Shown: piece after piece, positions 11,621 through 21,255 of the stretch | Layout of the letters: every line of letters starts with the position of its first letter | How positions within the stretch are numbered: the stretch's first letter is position 1 | Origin: an uncultured delta proteobacterium | GTDB lineage: Bacteria > Myxococcota_A > Polyangia > Polyangiales > JAFGIB01 | Assembly: GCA_963778655.1 (NCBI GenBank) | Contig: CAVZVA010000005.1 | Coordinates: forward strand, 576,001-640,000 | DNA: 64,000 nt | Direction: 5' to 3' | Notes under the pieces: model-generated | What the model saw: only the letters and a program-made list of their open reading frames with translations | What the model was told of the DNA's origin: nothing | Databases searched by the model: none | Program-made: the position numbers and the translations under genes

Positions 11621-13126
11621 CTAGCGAAGGACCAGGCGGCGGTGCTCGCCGGTGCCGAGCGAAACCACGCGCTCGAGCACGTTGCCGTGGCTGTCGGCGC
11701 GGATGCGGTGCTCGCCCGGGGGAAGCGACAGGGTGACCGGCGCTGCGCCAATCCGCTTGCCGTCGACGCTGACCTCACCGAAGGGGAGCACCACGATCTC
11801 GAGCGAGGCGAGTCGGGGTCGGGCCGGGGCGACTGCGCCCGCGGGTTGCGTGGGCGCGGCGCGCGGCCGGGTCACGACAGTGTCCGCGTGTGGCGGGGCC
11901 ACCGGCCCGAGCTCCGGGCTAGCCGGCGGCGCAGGGGTGGGCGGGGCGACCTGCTCGCGATGCGCCGCGGCGCGCGGCGCAACCGCGGGCGCGGCGGGCG
12001 CTGCGGCGCGCCGGGGCCAGAGCGCAAGCAGCGACACGGCGGCGGCTAGCAGCAGCGCCACGCCCAGGGCGCGCAAGGCGCCGCGCCCTGGAACGCCAAT
12101 CACGCGCGCGGCGGCGGAGCCCCCGGCGTCTTCGGAGGCATGCTGCGTGCGCGTGGCTTCGAGCGCCTGTGCCGGCGGTTGTTGCGAGACCGATTGCGTG
12201 AGCGCAGGGGCCTCGGGCGTAGGCTCTGACCGGTGCTGGGCGACCAGCGCGCCGAGCTCGCGCTGCGCGCGCGGCGCCTGCGGCATGGCGAGCAGCGCCT
12301 CGAGCAGCCCCGCGGCGCTCTGGACGCGCAGCGCGGGATCGGGCTCGAGCAGGCGCTCCACCAGCTCGTCGAGCCGCGCGTCCAGCCCGGGCACGCGCTC
12401 CCGCAGGCGCAGGTGCTCGCCCCGCGACGCGCGCTCGAGCGTCTCGAGCTCGGTGGCGCCGTCGTGAGGCCGCTCCCCGCACAGGCACTCGTAGAGCACG
12501 ACGCCGGCCGCGAACAGGTCGCAGCGCGTGTCGAAGCGACCACTGTAGGCGTACTCGGGCGCGATGTACGAGACCTTGCCCTTGACCACGCCGGTGCGCG
12601 TGTGCTGCGGGCTTCCGACCGCTCGCGCGATCCCGAAGTCCGTCAGCTTGACCTCGCCTTCCACGCTCAGCACCACGTTGGAGGGCGAGACGTCGCGGTG
12701 CACCACCGCCGCCTCGCGCGCGGCCCCGCCGGCACGGTGCGCGAAGTCGAGCGCGGTGGCGAGCTGAAGCGCCACGTGGAGCGCCAGCTCCGGCGGCAGC
12801 GGGCCGCCGATCGCCGCCAGCAAGCCTCGCAGATCGAGGCCTTCGACCAGCTCGAGCGCCAGATAGTGGTCGTCGCCGTCGCGCCCGAAGTCGAGCACTT
12901 GCGCGATGGTCGCGTGGCGCAGCTTGGCGGCGATCGCGGCCTCGGCCAGCAGCTGCCGCACCAGCTCGGGATCCTGGCCAATCTCGTGGCGGATGCGCTT
13001 GAGGCACACGTGCTGTACGAAAGCGCCAGGCCCTCTGCGCACCGCCACGTAGGTTTCCGCCATGCCTCCTTGGCCGAGGCGGGAGAGGACCTCGTAGGGC
13101 CCGATGCGGGCGGGCGGGAGGGCCAT
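11621..13126 (-). CDS. Hanks-type Ser/Thr protein kinase with TM helix and C-terminal PEGA-like domain
   Basis: LGQGGMA, CLKRI, HRDVSPSN, DFGIA and YIAPE motifs; Pro-rich linker; EVSVDGKRIGAAPV. Confidence 0.93.
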   Translation of the reverse strand: MALPPARIGPYEVLSRLGQGGMAETYVAVRRGPGAFVQHVCLKRIRHEIGQDPELVRQLLAEAAIAAKLRHATIAQVLDFGRDGDDHYLALELVEGLDLRGLLAAIGGPLPPELALHVALQLATALDFAHRAGGAAREAAVVHRDVSPSNVVLSVEGEVKLTDFGIARAVGSPQHTRTGVVKGKVSYIAPEYAYSGRFDTRCDLFAAGVVLYECLCGERPHDGATELETLERASRGEHLRLRERVPGLDARLDELVERLLEPDPALRVQSAAGLLEALLAMPQAPRAQRELGALVAQHRSEPTPEAPALTQSVSQQPPAQALEATRTQHASEDAGGSAAARVIGVPGRGALRALGVALLLAAAVSLLALWPRRAAAPAAPAVAPRAAAHREQVAPPTPAPPASPELGPVAPPHADTVVTRPRAAPTQPAGAVAPARPRLASLEIVVLPFGEVSVDGKRIGAAPVTLSLPPGEHRIRADSHGNVLERVVSLGTGEHRRLVLR

Positions 13127-13244
13127 GGAACCGGACGCCGGGACGCCGCGACCGGCGCCAGCTGCGGGCAGGCTAGCGCGCTGGGCTGCCAGCGGCAATC
13201 GCGACCCCTCGACGCGCTGCGGGCTGCCTGCTACACAGGGCGCG

Positions 13245-13940
13245 ATGCAGCCCAGCGAGCCCCCGCAGCGCATCGTCGCCGAGCTGTGCCGCGAGCTGTA
13301 CCGCCTGGGCTGGGCCACCGGGACCGGCGGCGGGATCAGCATTCGGCAGGATGGGCGCGTGTACATGGCGCCGAGCGGGGTGCAGAAAGAGCGCATCGAT
13401 CCGGACGACGTCTACGTGATGGACGAGGCCGGTGAGGTGATTTCGGGGCCGAGTCGGCCTGGGCTCAAGCCCAGCGAGTGCGCGCCCCTGTTCTTCAACG
13501 CGTACCGCCTGCGCGGAGCCGGCGCGGTGTTGCACAGCCATGGCATGTTCGCGATGCTGGCAGGCCTGATCGCGCGCGACGTCTTCGAGTGCACCGAGCT
13601 CGAGATGATCAAGGGCATCTCGGGGCACGGCTACCACGACCGGTTGTGCGTGCCGATCGTCGAGAACACCGCGCGCGAGTGCGATCTGGCCGAGCGCATG
13701 GCCGCGGCCATGCAGGCCCACCCCGCGTCGAGCGCGGTGCTGGTGCGGCGCCACGGGGTCTACGTCTGGGGCCGCGACTGGGCGCACGCGAAGACGCAGG
13801 CGGAGTGCTACCATTACCTGTTCGAGGCCGCGGTGCGGATGGCGCAGCTCGGCATGGATGCGACGGCGGGCAGCGCGATCGATCGTCCGGCCGCGGTCGC
13901 CAGCCGGAGCCGCAAGGCCGCGGCGGGAGGTGGGCAGTGA
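13245..13940 (+). CDS. mtnB: Methylthioribulose-1-phosphate dehydratase (class II aldolase fold, APIP-like)
   Basis: GWATGTGGGIS, APSGVQKER, AVLHSH, LVRRHGVYVWG and ECYHYLFE motifs; adjacent to mtnD. Confidence 0.92.
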   Translation: MQPSEPPQRIVAELCRELYRLGWATGTGGGISIRQDGRVYMAPSGVQKERIDPDDVYVMDEAGEVISGPSRPGLKPSECAPLFFNAYRLRGAGAVLHSHGMFAMLAGLIARDVFECTELEMIKGISGHGYHDRLCVPIVENTARECDLAERMAAAMQAHPASSAVLVRRHGVYVWGRDWAHAKTQAECYHYLFEAAVRMAQLGMDATAGSAIDRPAAVASRSRKAAAGGGQ

Positions 13941-14377
13941 AAGCGTGCTGGTTGGAAGGACAGGCGTCGATCGGTGCCGACGAGCTGAACGGCTACGGCG
14001 TGTATTACGCGAGGATGAGCACCGACCCGGCCGCCTATCAGAGCCCGATCGATGAGCTCAAGCAGAGCCGCGGCTACATCGAGCAGGATGTGGTGGCGCT
14101 CGAGCCGAGCACGCCGAACCTGGACGCGATCTGCGCCAAGTTCATGGACGAGCACTACCACGACGACGACGAGGTGCGCTTCGTGCTGGAAGGCGAGGGC
14201 ATCTTCGATATTCGCTCGCCGGACGACAGGTTCATGCGCGTGGTCGTCGAGCCGGGCGATCTGATCGTGGTGCCAAAGCAGCGCCACCACCGGTTCATGT
14301 TGACCGAGAGTAAGGCGATCCGCTGCGTGCGCCTGTTCCGCGACACCAGCGGCTGGGTCCCGCACTACCGCGGTTGA
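13937..14377 (+). CDS. mtnD: Acireductone dioxygenase (cupin)
   Basis: EHYHDDDEVRFVLEGEGIFD...GDLIVVP...HHRF; GTGA overlap with mtnB and a GGAGG RBS. Confidence 0.92.
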   Translation: MKACWLEGQASIGADELNGYGVYYARMSTDPAAYQSPIDELKQSRGYIEQDVVALEPSTPNLDAICAKFMDEHYHDDDEVRFVLEGEGIFDIRSPDDRFMRVVVEPGDLIVVPKQRHHRFMLTESKAIRCVRLFRDTSGWVPHYRG

Positions 14378-14417
14378 GCCACTGCCGAGCACTCGCCGCT
14401 GCCGGCGTTGACGCGCG

Positions 14418-16178
14418 ATGTTGACGACGATCACGAATGTACGGCGCCTGGTCCGGGGCCTCCTGATCTACCGAGAGGGCTCGCACCAGACGCTCGCGTG
14501 GCAGCTGGAGCGCCACGCGGCTCGCACGCCGGAGCGCCCGTTCCTGCTGTACGGCGAACGGCGCTATAGCTACGGGGCCGCCAACGCCGCGATCAACCGC
14601 CACGCGCACGCCTATCGCGCCGCGGGCGTGAGCGGCGGCGAGGTGGTGGCGCTGTTGATGGAGAACCGCCCGGAGCAGCTCTGGCACGTGTTCGGCCTGC
14701 ACAAGCTGGGCGCGGTCGTGAGCCTCGTGAACACCAACCTCAGCGGCGAGCTGCTCGAGCACGCCCTGCGGGTGTGCGAGCCGAGCCGGATCATCGTCGG
14801 CTCGGAGCTGTGGCCGAGCTTCGACGCGATCCAAGCAGGGCTTGGCGATCTCGCCCGCGTCACCTCGCTGGACGTCGACCCCGAGCAGGATACGCCGCCG
14901 CCCGACGGCGTGCCGGTCTGGGGCGAGTCGTTGTCCGCCGCGCCCGAGCACGACCCCGAGACCACGGGTGAGCAGCGCCTCGCGGATCTGGCCGCGTACA
15001 TCTATACCAGCGGCACCACGGGCATGCCCAAGCCGGCGTTGGTCCGGCACGAGCGGCTGTTTCGGGCCGGCGCCGTGTGGTCGGGCGCGCTGCGCCTGCG
15101 CCCCGGCGACGTGATGTACAACTGCCTGCCGCTGTACCACGCGAACGCCCTGATGCTGGCCACCGGCAGCGTGGTCACCGCGGGCATCGCGATGGCGCTG
15201 GCCCGGCGCTTTTCGCGCACTCACTTCTGGGACGACGTGCGCCGCTATGAGGCCACCAGCTTCATCTACATCGGCGAGCTGTGCCGCTACCTGATGAACA
15301 ATGAGCCGAGCGCATCGGACCGCGATCACCGCGTGAGGGTCATCACCGGCAACGGGCTGCGGCCCGATATCTGGCAAGAGTTCCAGTGCCGCTTCGGCAT
15401 CCCGCGCGTCGCCGAGTTCTACGGTGCGACCGAGGGCAACTGCATCACGATCAACGTGGCCAACGTGCCCGGCTCGGTCGGGCCGATGCTGCCCGGCATG
15501 GCGCTGGCGAAGTGGAGCGAGGCCAAGAACGACTTCGTGCGCGACGCGCGTGGATTCCTGACCAAGGCCGGGGTCGGCGAGCCCGGGATCCTGCTGGGGC
15601 GGATCGGCGCGCGCGGACGCTTCGATGGCTACCGAGACCGGCGCGAGACCGAAGGCAAGGTGATCCGCAACGCGTTCGCGCTGGGCGATGCCTACTTCAA
15701 CACCGGAGACCTGCTCAAGCGCGACTGGCGGCACCACCTGTTCTTCACCGATCGCGTCGGCGACACCTTCCGCTGGAAGGGCGAGAACGTTTCGACGACC
15801 GAGGTGCAGGAGCAGATCTCGAAGTGGCCGCCGGCGATCGAGATCAACGTCTACGGCGTGCACGTCCCCGGCACCGAGGGGCGCGCGGGCATGGCGGCCC
15901 TGGTGCTGGCCAATGGCCAGGCCTTCGACGCCGGGTCGTTCAAGGCCCACGTCGACGAGACGCTGCCGGCCTATGCGCGGCCGCTGTTCGTGCGCCTGCA
16001 GCGCGCGATCGAAACCACCGGTACGTTCAAGATGAAGAAGGCCGAGCTGCAGAAGCAGGGCTTCGATCCCAAGGCGACCGAGGATCGCATCTTCCTGCGC
16101 CATCCCCGCAGCCAGCAATACGAGCCGCTCGACGCGGCACTCTACGAAGACGTGTGCGCGGGCAAGCTCCAGCTCTGA
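14418..16178 (+). CDS. Long-chain acyl-CoA synthetase (FATP/FadD6-like)
   Basis: YIYTSGTTGMPKPA, YIGELCRYL, EFYGATEGN and DRVGDTFRWKGENVST motifs. Confidence 0.92.
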   Translation: MLTTITNVRRLVRGLLIYREGSHQTLAWQLERHAARTPERPFLLYGERRYSYGAANAAINRHAHAYRAAGVSGGEVVALLMENRPEQLWHVFGLHKLGAVVSLVNTNLSGELLEHALRVCEPSRIIVGSELWPSFDAIQAGLGDLARVTSLDVDPEQDTPPPDGVPVWGESLSAAPEHDPETTGEQRLADLAAYIYTSGTTGMPKPALVRHERLFRAGAVWSGALRLRPGDVMYNCLPLYHANALMLATGSVVTAGIAMALARRFSRTHFWDDVRRYEATSFIYIGELCRYLMNNEPSASDRDHRVRVITGNGLRPDIWQEFQCRFGIPRVAEFYGATEGNCITINVANVPGSVGPMLPGMALAKWSEAKNDFVRDARGFLTKAGVGEPGILLGRIGARGRFDGYRDRRETEGKVIRNAFALGDAYFNTGDLLKRDWRHHLFFTDRVGDTFRWKGENVSTTEVQEQISKWPPAIEINVYGVHVPGTEGRAGMAALVLANGQAFDAGSFKAHVDETLPAYARPLFVRLQRAIETTGTFKMKKAELQKQGFDPKATEDRIFLRHPRSQQYEPLDAALYEDVCAGKLQL

Positions 16179-16206
16179 TGGTGAGACCGGGGCGGTCGCG
16201 CGCGAA

Positions 16207-16833
16207 TCAGGCGGCCACCGGTGCCAGGTAGCGGACGATCATGTCCGTCAGCTCGTCCGCGAGGCGCGCGTCGTTCTGCGCTGCGGGGTCGGCCTGGATC
16301 GCCGCGCGGATCGCGCCGGGTACGGCGTGAACCAACAGGAACACCGTGCGGTCGACGTCCGTGGCCCGCGTCGGCTCGCCGCCGGCAAACAGATTGCGGC
16401 GGCAGACTTCTGCCAGGTGTTGTTCGAAGCCGTAGACCTTCTGCAGCTCGCCCACCTTCGGCACTTCCTGGCACAGCACGTGGTGCAGCTCCGGATCCAC
16501 CCGGTAGGCCGCGATCATGCCCAGCACCAGCAGGTGCGCGCGCTCGGCCAGGCTGGCGGGCGGCTCGGCGGCGAGCGCCTCGCCCAGAGTGTCGCGCATG
16601 CGCTGCATGTGGCTCTCCACCAAGGCCGCGACCAGCGCTTCCTTGCTGGGGAAGTACTGGTAGAGCGAGCCGATGCTGACCCCGGCCGCCTGGGCGATGC
16701 GGTTGGTGCTCGCCCGGTCGTAGCCGTCCTCGATCAGCACGCGCGCCGTGGCCTTGACGATCGCATCGACCGTGGCCTGCGCCCGCGCCTGGCGGGGCCT
16801 TCGTCGCGGATTGGTGGTTGGAATCGCTCGCAT
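16207..16833 (-). CDS. TetR-family transcriptional regulator
   Basis: PRQARAQATVDAI...STNRIAQAAGVSIGSLYQYFPSKEAL HTH. Confidence 0.93.
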   Translation of the reverse strand: MRAIPTTNPRRRPRQARAQATVDAIVKATARVLIEDGYDRASTNRIAQAAGVSIGSLYQYFPSKEALVAALVESHMQRMRDTLGEALAAEPPASLAERAHLLVLGMIAAYRVDPELHHVLCQEVPKVGELQKVYGFEQHLAEVCRRNLFAGGEPTRATDVDRTVFLLVHAVPGAIRAAIQADPAAQNDARLADELTDMIVRYLAPVAA

Positions 16834-17045
16834 CGGTGAAACCTGCCGGCTGGGTGTGGTTCGTCCTCGCCTTGGCGACGCCAATCGGCGCCTCTTAGCC
16901 CTAGGTCGGTCCATGTCGTGGAGATTTTCGGACCAAACGTGAGGAAAGCCTCACACAGCCCAGCCCAGGGGCCTGAACCTTGCTGGACCAAATCTGTAAA
17001 CACAAGTAGTTACGGAAGGTTGAGCCGAAATCCCAGATTCGTCCG

Positions 17046-18557
17046 TTACGGCTCCAACCCGCTGCCCGGCCAGCTGGGCAGGGGCGTTCCCGGCGGCGGC
17101 GCGTGCAGGATGCCGATCGGGTCGGCGCAGCTGGTTCCGGTGAGGATCGCGCCCGGCCGATGGTTGCCGCTGGCGCCGAGCCCTCCGAAGGGCAGCCGGC
17201 TGCTGGCTCCGGCGCTGCCGCGGTTCCAGTGCAGCACGCCCACGCGCAGCTCCTCGGCCGCGTGCTCGAACGCGGCCGAGGACGCCGTGAAGATCGAGGC
17301 GGCCAGGCCGAAGCGGGTGGCGTTGGCGCGCTCGATTGCCGCCTCCAGGTCGGGCGCGATCCAGACCGCCAGGTCGGGGCCAAACAACTCCTGGTCGCTG
17401 TAGCCGGCGACCTCGAGCGCAGTCTCGGGCGCACGGTACACGGCCGGCCGCACGTAGAAGCCCGGGTGCTGCGCGAGCTCGAGCGCGCCGCCGGGCGCGA
17501 CTGCTTCGAACCCGCCCGCGCGCGCGTGGGCCTGGGCGCGCAGCAGCCCCTCGCGCGCCCGCGCCGAGATCAACGGTCCCATGAACACCTGCTCGGCCAG
17601 CGGGTGACCGATGCGCAGCCCGCCGGCGATCTGGGCGATGCGCGCGATCAGCGCCTCGGCGATTCCCGGCGTCGCGATCAGCCGCGAGGTCGAGGTGCAG
17701 CGCTGGCCGCTGGTCGCAAAGGCGGCGAACGCGATCGCGCGCGCGGTGCGCTCGAGCTCGCAATCGTCGAGCGCGATCGCCGCGTTCTTGCCGCCGAGCT
17801 CGAGCGCGACCAGGCGCTCGGGCCGCGCTGCGTTGTCGAGCACGATGCGCTGGCCGACCGCGGCCGAGCCGGTGAACAGGATACCGTCGATGTCGGGGTG
17901 CTGCGTCAGCCGCTGGCCGCTGGCAGCGGGACCCTGGACCAGGTTGAACACGCCCGGCGGCAGGCCGGCCTCGTGGAAGCAGCGCGCGATGAGGCTCGCG
18001 GCGCTGGGCGTCTTCTCGCTGGGCTTGTGGACCACGCAGTTGCCGAGCGCCAGCGCCGGCACGATTTGCCCGTTGGGTAGATGGCCGGGGAAGTTGAAGG
18101 GTCCGATCACCGCGATCACGCCCAGCGGCCGCTGGCGGATCTCGCCGGGCAGCGCCTCGATGCGCTCCGACGCCGTGAAGCGCATGCCCTCGCCCAGCAC
18201 CAGGTCGACCTTGGCGATCATTGCGTCGACCTCGGCGCGCGCTTCCCACAGCGGCTTGCCGACCTCGAGCGCAATCATGAGCGCGAGCGGCTCGCGCTGA
18301 GCGCGCAGCCGCGCCTGGTAGCGGCGCAGCAGCTCGGCCCGCGCCTCGACGCCGATCCGGCGCCAGCCGCGCTGCGCTCCGCGCGCAGCCTCGACCGCGC
18401 GCTCCACCTGGGCCAGCCCGAACGCGTGCCTCGCCACGCGCTGGTGGAGGTCGGCCGGGCTGCAGATCGCAAGCTCGCCGTCGGCCGGTTCGGGCTGGCA
18501 GAAGCGCCCCGCGAGATAATCGCCGGGGCGCTCGAGCGGCGGTGGCGGCGCAGCCAT
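17046..18557 (-). CDS. Aldehyde dehydrogenase, succinylglutamate-semialdehyde dehydrogenase (AstD)-like
   Basis: IGPFNFPGHLPNG, FTGS, ALELGGKN, SGQRCT, ELFGP and PFGGLGASGNHRP motifs. Confidence 0.85.
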   Translation of the reverse strand: MAAPPPPLERPGDYLAGRFCQPEPADGELAICSPADLHQRVARHAFGLAQVERAVEAARGAQRGWRRIGVEARAELLRRYQARLRAQREPLALMIALEVGKPLWEARAEVDAMIAKVDLVLGEGMRFTASERIEALPGEIRQRPLGVIAVIGPFNFPGHLPNGQIVPALALGNCVVHKPSEKTPSAASLIARCFHEAGLPPGVFNLVQGPAASGQRLTQHPDIDGILFTGSAAVGQRIVLDNAARPERLVALELGGKNAAIALDDCELERTARAIAFAAFATSGQRCTSTSRLIATPGIAEALIARIAQIAGGLRIGHPLAEQVFMGPLISARAREGLLRAQAHARAGGFEAVAPGGALELAQHPGFYVRPAVYRAPETALEVAGYSDQELFGPDLAVWIAPDLEAAIERANATRFGLAASIFTASSAAFEHAAEELRVGVLHWNRGSAGASSRLPFGGLGASGNHRPGAILTGTSCADPIGILHAPPPGTPLPSWPGSGLEP

Positions 18558-18588
18558 GGATCCAGTGTAGCCGACCCCGGCCGGGCGC

Positions 18589-19212
18589 TCAGCGCAGCGC
18601 CTCGAGGATGGCGTCTACGTCCCCGGCGAGCTGCTCGGCGGCCGTGAACAACCAGGCCTGTACCGGCTCGCGCGCGCCTGCCTGCAGCGCCAGCCGCGGG
18701 CGGCGTGCCAGGATGGTGTGGAGTCGCTCGTACACGAAGATCGGGTCGCGGTAGCCTTCCGGCAGGGGCGCGTCGAGTAGGCGCGAGACCAGCCGGCGCA
18801 GGCTCGCTGCCGGCGCAGCGCCCTTCCAGGCGACCGCCTGCTCGAGGTCGCCCTCCAGCGCGCCGCGCAGCGCCTGCCGGTAGGCCGCGCAGGCCGGGCC
18901 GTCGTCCGCGAGCAAGCCGTCGAGCAACAGCTCGCTGCCGACGTGACCCACCGCGCGCGCGGACGCCCTGGCTACGCCCTGGGCCTCCAGCACGTCGAGC
19001 GCCGAGGCGCACAGCGCGCGGAAGGGCGCGACCCCGTGGAACGCGTGATCGGTCTCGTGGTGCAGGGCCACGCCGCGGGCGATCTGCGGGTCCAGCACGC
19101 GCTCGAGCCGCAGCTCGGCCATCGAGGCCAGGTCGGGCAGCATGGCGCCGAGCACGAAGCGCGGGTGCGGGTCGCGGGTGCGGGCAACGGTCGCGTGGCC
19201 GAAGAAATTCAC
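18589..19212 (-). CDS. ACP phosphodiesterase (AcpH)-like metal-dependent protein
   Basis: MNFFGH...GAMLPD...GVALHHETDHAFH pattern. Confidence 0.6.
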   Translation of the reverse strand: MNFFGHATVARTRDPHPRFVLGAMLPDLASMAELRLERVLDPQIARGVALHHETDHAFHGVAPFRALCASALDVLEAQGVARASARAVGHVGSELLLDGLLADDGPACAAYRQALRGALEGDLEQAVAWKGAAPAASLRRLVSRLLDAPLPEGYRDPIFVYERLHTILARRPRLALQAGAREPVQAWLFTAAEQLAGDVDAILEALR

Positions 19213-19324
19213 CGTTCAGGACAATCTGTGGGCCAGCGTACTACCGAAATTCGAGACGGCGACTCCGGCCCAGAAGTTGAGGTCCGTCAAGCCCTCGGGC
19301 ATGCTTGTATTCAGGAGAATTCCC

Positions 19325-20668
19325 GTGGGATTGCGAGTCTGGAGCAGCCGGTGCCTCATCGTTGGTGCAACCCTTTGCGCATGGGCGGCGATCGGCCCGG
19401 CCGCCAGCTGGGCCGACCCTAGTCACCCCGTGACCCGGCCCGAAGCGGCCCTGCGCCCGGTCTCGCACCAGCTCACCCGCGACGTGCGCCTGCTCGATCG
19501 GGTCTCGGAGGCCGGACAGCGCGCGCACGGGCTCTACTTCAACGCCCCGGTCCAGCACCGGCTGGGGCCCAAGGGCATCATCCGTACGCTGCGCAAGGCG
19601 CACATGAACGCGGCCGTGCTCGACATGAAGGACGGCCAGGGGCGCGTGGTTTGGGACACGCACATCCCGTCGCTGATCCCCGAGCGGCATCTCTACTTCA
19701 AGGACGTGCCGGGCTTCATCGCCGAGCTCAAGCGCGCCGGCATCTACACCATCGGGCGCGTGGTGTGCTTCAACGATCCCTACCTGCCGCGCAACGAGCC
19801 CGACCGCGCCGTGCTCGACGACCGCCCCGGTCACAAGGGCAAAGTGTGGGCCACCTGGGGCCACCGCAATCCGTGGCTCGATCCCTACAACACGCGCAAC
19901 CACGACCTGATCGTGGCCATCGCCAAGGAGATCGAAGCGCTCGGCCTCGACGAAATTCAGTTCGACTACATCCGCTTTCCCGTGGACCGCGCCACGCGCT
20001 TCGCGAAGTTCCCCGCGCAGACCGACACGCCGCGGCCGCAGGTCATTGTCTCGATGCTCAGGCGCGTCGACGAGGCGATCAAGATCCCGATCGGCGCGGA
20101 CGTGTTCGGGGTCTCGATCTTCCACTACGGCGACTCCGACGGGCTGGGCCAGGTGCCGGAGCTGTGGTCGGCGCACGTGGACGTGTTCACGCCGATGCTC
20201 TACCTCGACGGCATGACGTCCTGGGGCAAGCCTGGTCCCGGGCGCGCGGAGCGGTTGATCTTCGCCGGGATCCAGAAGTTGAGGCACAGGATCGGCAAGG
20301 GGCCGGTGATCCGCCCCTTCCTGCAGGCGTTTGCGCGCAACGCCGACTACTACAACCCGGCCTTCATCGCCGAGCAGATCCGCGGCGCGCGCGACGCGGG
20401 CGCCGATGGCTTCTTGTTCTGGAGCCCCGGGTCGAGCTATCGGATGGTGCAGGCGGGCATGGCGGGGCCTGCGGGCGGCTTGCTGCCATTTCCGATCGAA
20501 GCGCGCATCGCCTATCGCGCGCGGCGCTGGCCCAAGGCCGGCGGAACCCAGGCCACGCTTGCCGGCGCCGGGGCGGACGGCGACGGCGAGCACGCGCCGC
20601 AGCCGCCGGTCGACGCGCTGACGCGCCCCTCGCTGCGCTACGCGCCGGCGGCGCCCGCCGCGCGGTGA
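19325..20668 (+). CDS. Secreted putative glycoside hydrolase (DUF4015-like TIM barrel)
   Basis: AAVLDMKD, IYTIGRVVCFND, WLDPY, DEIQFDYIRFP and PMLY motifs; GTG start after AGGAG; signal peptide. Confidence 0.8.
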   Translation: MGLRVWSSRCLIVGATLCAWAAIGPAASWADPSHPVTRPEAALRPVSHQLTRDVRLLDRVSEAGQRAHGLYFNAPVQHRLGPKGIIRTLRKAHMNAAVLDMKDGQGRVVWDTHIPSLIPERHLYFKDVPGFIAELKRAGIYTIGRVVCFNDPYLPRNEPDRAVLDDRPGHKGKVWATWGHRNPWLDPYNTRNHDLIVAIAKEIEALGLDEIQFDYIRFPVDRATRFAKFPAQTDTPRPQVIVSMLRRVDEAIKIPIGADVFGVSIFHYGDSDGLGQVPELWSAHVDVFTPMLYLDGMTSWGKPGPGRAERLIFAGIQKLRHRIGKGPVIRPFLQAFARNADYYNPAFIAEQIRGARDAGADGFLFWSPGSSYRMVQAGMAGPAGGLLPFPIEARIAYRARRWPKAGGTQATLAGAGADGDGEHAPQPPVDALTRPSLRYAPAAPAAR

Positions 20669-21102
20669 CGCCGCTCGACCGCCTGAAGGCGCTGCACCCC
20701 GTCGTCGCCCTGGCTGCCGGGCTCGGTGTCGAACCAGGCGGCGAGGATCTCCTTGGCCATGTCGTCAGCGAGCGTGCGATTCGATAGACACAGCACGTTG
20801 GCGTGGTTCCAGATGCGCGCGGCGCTGGCCGTGCCCGGGTCCCCGCACAGCGCGGCGCGGATGCCGCCGACCTTGTTGGCCGCGATGCTGATGCCGGTGC
20901 CCGACCAGCAGAAGAACACGCCCTGATCGCATTCGCCGCGGGCGACGGCGAGCGCCGCGGCTTCCGCCACCTCGGCCCAAGGCGCCTCTCGACCGCTGGA
21001 GATCGCGCCGAACGCCACCACCTCGTGGCCGCGCGCCTCGATCGCTGCGCGCACCGTGCGGTGCACGGGGTAGGGCTCATCCGAGCAGAGCGCGATGCGC
21101 AC
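20638..21102 (-). CDS. rpiB: RpiB/LacA/LacB family sugar-phosphate isomerase
   Basis: CWSGTGISIAANKVGGIRAALC and WNHANVLCL motifs; GTG start after AGGAGG. Confidence 0.88.
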   Translation of the reverse strand: MRIALCSDEPYPVHRTVRAAIEARGHEVVAFGAISSGREAPWAEVAEAAALAVARGECDQGVFFCWSGTGISIAANKVGGIRAALCGDPGTASAARIWNHANVLCLSNRTLADDMAKEILAAWFDTEPGSQGDDGVQRLQAVERRHRAAGAAGA

Positions 21103-21192
21103 GAGTGGCCTCCTGGACGGAAGCCTAGCGCAAAATCGGTGCACGCGGCGCATGGGCGAGGCCTTCGGTCACGGGCTGCGTTGTGAGGGGAA

Positions 21193-21248
21193 CACAGTAA
21201 GACGGGAAGCCCGAACCTTCTTGTCTTCGCATCTTCCCATCTTCCTGT
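21193..21248. repeat. Second copy of the GAAG/CTTC palindromic repeat
   Basis: CACAGTAAGACGGGAAGC...CTTCGCATCTTCCCATCTTCCTGT; its reverse complement resembles 2792-2847. Confidence 0.6.
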
Positions 21249-21255
21249 CGTTCAT

